This document shows positions 62,186 through 64,000 of a stretch of DNA of 64,000 nucleotides, piece by piece (within the stretch, counting starts at the first letter, position 1; each line of letters opens with the position of its first letter). The stretch comes from Gammaproteobacteria bacterium (GTDB lineage Bacteria > Pseudomonadota > Gammaproteobacteria > CBDBNL01 > JAAOII01), in NCBI GenBank assembly GCA_965209035.1, contig OZ242372.1, forward strand, positions 992,001 to 1,056,000. The letters run 5' to 3'. The notes under the pieces were generated by a model. The model was given only the letters and a program-made list of their open reading frames with translations. It had not been told where the DNA came from and ran no database searches. Position numbers and translations under genes: made by a program.

Positions 62186-63855
62186 TATTTATTTTTTAAG
62201 TGAAAGATGATCTCGGCATATGCCCCCTTATCTTTTTCCGTCCTATTAAGAACGGGGCGTTTGTAGTGTCGCACGATACGCATTCCGGCTTTGTCGGCTA
62301 TGCCGGGATAAAGGCCGTACTTGTCGTTTGCCACAAAAAAAACATCAAAGTCGTCAGCCAGAAAGCGTTTGCAGTTGCTTAGAACCGCCGAGATGCCCTC
62401 CGCATAACTTGCGCGTGCCGCGCGCCCCTGCCCTTTGGCCATGGGACCGATCTCCATTGCATCCTTGCGCGCAAAACCAAACAGGTCGTATGCGTAAGCA
62501 TGCTGCTCATGATAATCTATCAGGCCGACATAAGGCGGGCTGGAAAAAATTCCTCTGATCTTTTTTGCCGAAATCCGGTCGTACAGGTCTCTGTTTTTGT
62601 TTTTCAGTAATTGCAAGAAATCCGGATCCCGCGCATCGGCGGCAACGCACAGCTGCATCGTTTCCGTCCGCAGTCCGTCAAACTCTTTCAACCTCTCCAA
62701 AGTATCCCGGGAATATCGGGTCCACCATTGCGATATGGAAAACAGCGGCTTACAAATCTTACCGTGCTTGGAGCAATAGTAGGTTTCGGTCACCGGTGAT
62801 TTCAAGGTCGCCAGGTCGGCGTGGGTGGTTGCGCGACAACTGCGCAGGGTGCGACTGAGTATGATCGCCAATACTCGCTTGGCGGGGGAATCTTCAAGTT
62901 CGCGAATTAACGCAAAAACAAAGTCTATCTCACGGCGCACCGGCAACAACAGCCATTTGTCCAAAAAAGTGGCACTCTGCGGTTGCCGAACTTGCAAACG
63001 ATATTTGGAAATCAGTCCATGGTAAATCTGTGCGAACTCTTTCTCCTTCGGGATGGCGTATTCTTTTTCGTTAAGTTCGCCGTTATGCAGTTTCATTCTG
63101 TATGCCGGTGCCGGAAAAAATCGTTGATTATAGTCGTTCAGGGCACTCAGCAATTCCGCTTCAAAGCGGGCATTTTCCGCGCCCGTCTCCGCCACAAACT
63201 CTTTGAGGGCGGCGGTAATCCGAGCCGTCTCATATGCCAGTTTATGAAAGTCGTAACGCCCGATCTTAACATTTGCGATGAAACTATTGAACGCCGACAA
63301 ATCCACACCCAGAGCGTGCATACCCATTTCGTTGGCTTGCACCAAAGTGGTTCCGCTGCCGCAGAACGGATCCAAAATGATATCCCCTTGCCGAAAAGGT
63401 GCCTCCTTTTTGAACTCGTCCGTCCGGGAACTTAAGAAATATTCCACCAGTTGCGGGATGAACTTCCCTTTGTAGGGATGCAGCCGATGCACATGTTTGG
63501 TCGTATCTTTTTCTCTGAGGCGATCAAACGAAAGATGCCAGTTGAGATCCTCGCCCAGTTTCTTTTTCCAGTCATCCGCACGGGAACCCGGCCCGATGCG
63601 GCCTTGGATGCGGCTTTGGTAGTAACTCGTCAGCTCCGTTTTGCACACCATGCGGATACCGTTAAAAATGTGCTTCCTGATGCGGCCGTATTGAATGAGA
63701 TACATAATATTGGCGGTAGAAATTTCTTTGCCCGCATACTCGGACGCCCAAAGACCCGCCTGCTCCAATGTCAGATAATCGCCCGCGGCGGTCCCAGGCC
63801 CTGTCGGCTGTTTTAGCGCCTCCTTCGTCCCCGTCATTTTAGCCATTTCCGTCAT
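62185..63855 (-). CDS. N4-cytosine DNA methyltransferase, alpha class, with N-terminal HTH-like extension
   Basis: HRLHPYKGKFIPQLV, LDPFCGSGTT, SSPPY near the C-terminus; its stop overlaps the nuclease start. Confidence 0.9.
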   Translation of the reverse strand: MTEMAKMTGTKEALKQPTGPGTAAGDYLTLEQAGLWASEYAGKEISTANIMYLIQYGRIRKHIFNGIRMVCKTELTSYYQSRIQGRIGPGSRADDWKKKLGEDLNWHLSFDRLREKDTTKHVHRLHPYKGKFIPQLVEYFLSSRTDEFKKEAPFRQGDIILDPFCGSGTTLVQANEMGMHALGVDLSAFNSFIANVKIGRYDFHKLAYETARITAALKEFVAETGAENARFEAELLSALNDYNQRFFPAPAYRMKLHNGELNEKEYAIPKEKEFAQIYHGLISKYRLQVRQPQSATFLDKWLLLPVRREIDFVFALIRELEDSPAKRVLAIILSRTLRSCRATTHADLATLKSPVTETYYCSKHGKICKPLFSISQWWTRYSRDTLERLKEFDGLRTETMQLCVAADARDPDFLQLLKNKNRDLYDRISAKKIRGIFSSPPYVGLIDYHEQHAYAYDLFGFARKDAMEIGPMAKGQGRAARASYAEGISAVLSNCKRFLADDFDVFFVANDKYGLYPGIADKAGMRIVRHYKRPVLNRTEKDKGAYAEIIFHLKNK

Positions 63856-63867
63856 TTGATTATTCTG

Positions 63868-63912
63868 TTATTTCCCGGTTACTTCCCGGTTATTTCCCGG
63901 TTATTTCCGGTT
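63868..63912. repeat. 11-bp tandem repeat (GTTATTTCCCG) x ~4
   Basis: Directly visible upstream of the MTase start. Confidence 0.8.
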
Positions 63913-64000
63913 TATCTGTTATGTAGCACTTGAATGATACTGCCTGAACAGCGCCTATGCGGGCTTTTCTTCCCGCCGCAGGTCCTCGCTCAACTCAACC

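Noticed and set aside
55405-63912. GGTTAT(A/T)TCC repeats at both ends of the R-M island as att sites
   Set aside because: Short, low-complexity tandem units with different periods; the right island boundary may lie outside the window.

Overview
Chromosomal window from a (gamma/beta)proteobacterium. It carries a housekeeping backbone in scrambled order: pstB-phoU, fadE, mutS, ctpA, leuS-lptE-holA, bcp, dnaJ, purD, tRNA-Thr, ccmBCDE, gpmI, argA-trpD, a Kef-type antiporter, uvrA and ribB. Three accessory layers sit on top. (1) A heavy load of restriction-modification (R-M) genes: seven DNA methyltransferases and four recognisable nucleases. One GANTC-type cassette is bracketed by ~70-bp direct repeats and its nuclease is frameshifted at an A7 run; a tandem R-M island spans 55.5-63.9 kb. 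An AT-rich 396-aa HhH-GPD/[4Fe-4S] glycosylase-like gene sits tail-to-tail with a methyltransferase that has no nuclease partner. This is my best candidate for an undescribed system (glycosylase-type restriction). (2) A family of large GLUG-repeat/Ca-binding surface lipoproteins with three full genes sharing leader, lipobox and C-terminus. One has a C16 tract in its leader. A fourth, 'empty' locus at ~18.2-18.5 kb keeps the family promoter motif, the leader and the last 10 codons but has lost the whole interior. (3) A window-wide habit of short-to-medium tandem duplications centred on gene starts, stops and gene junctions, including a fourfold amplification of the ccmE/gpmI junction. I found no CRISPR array, integrase or transposase. 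All family assignments come from motif recognition by eye, with no database search. A host-associated lifestyle is an inference only.
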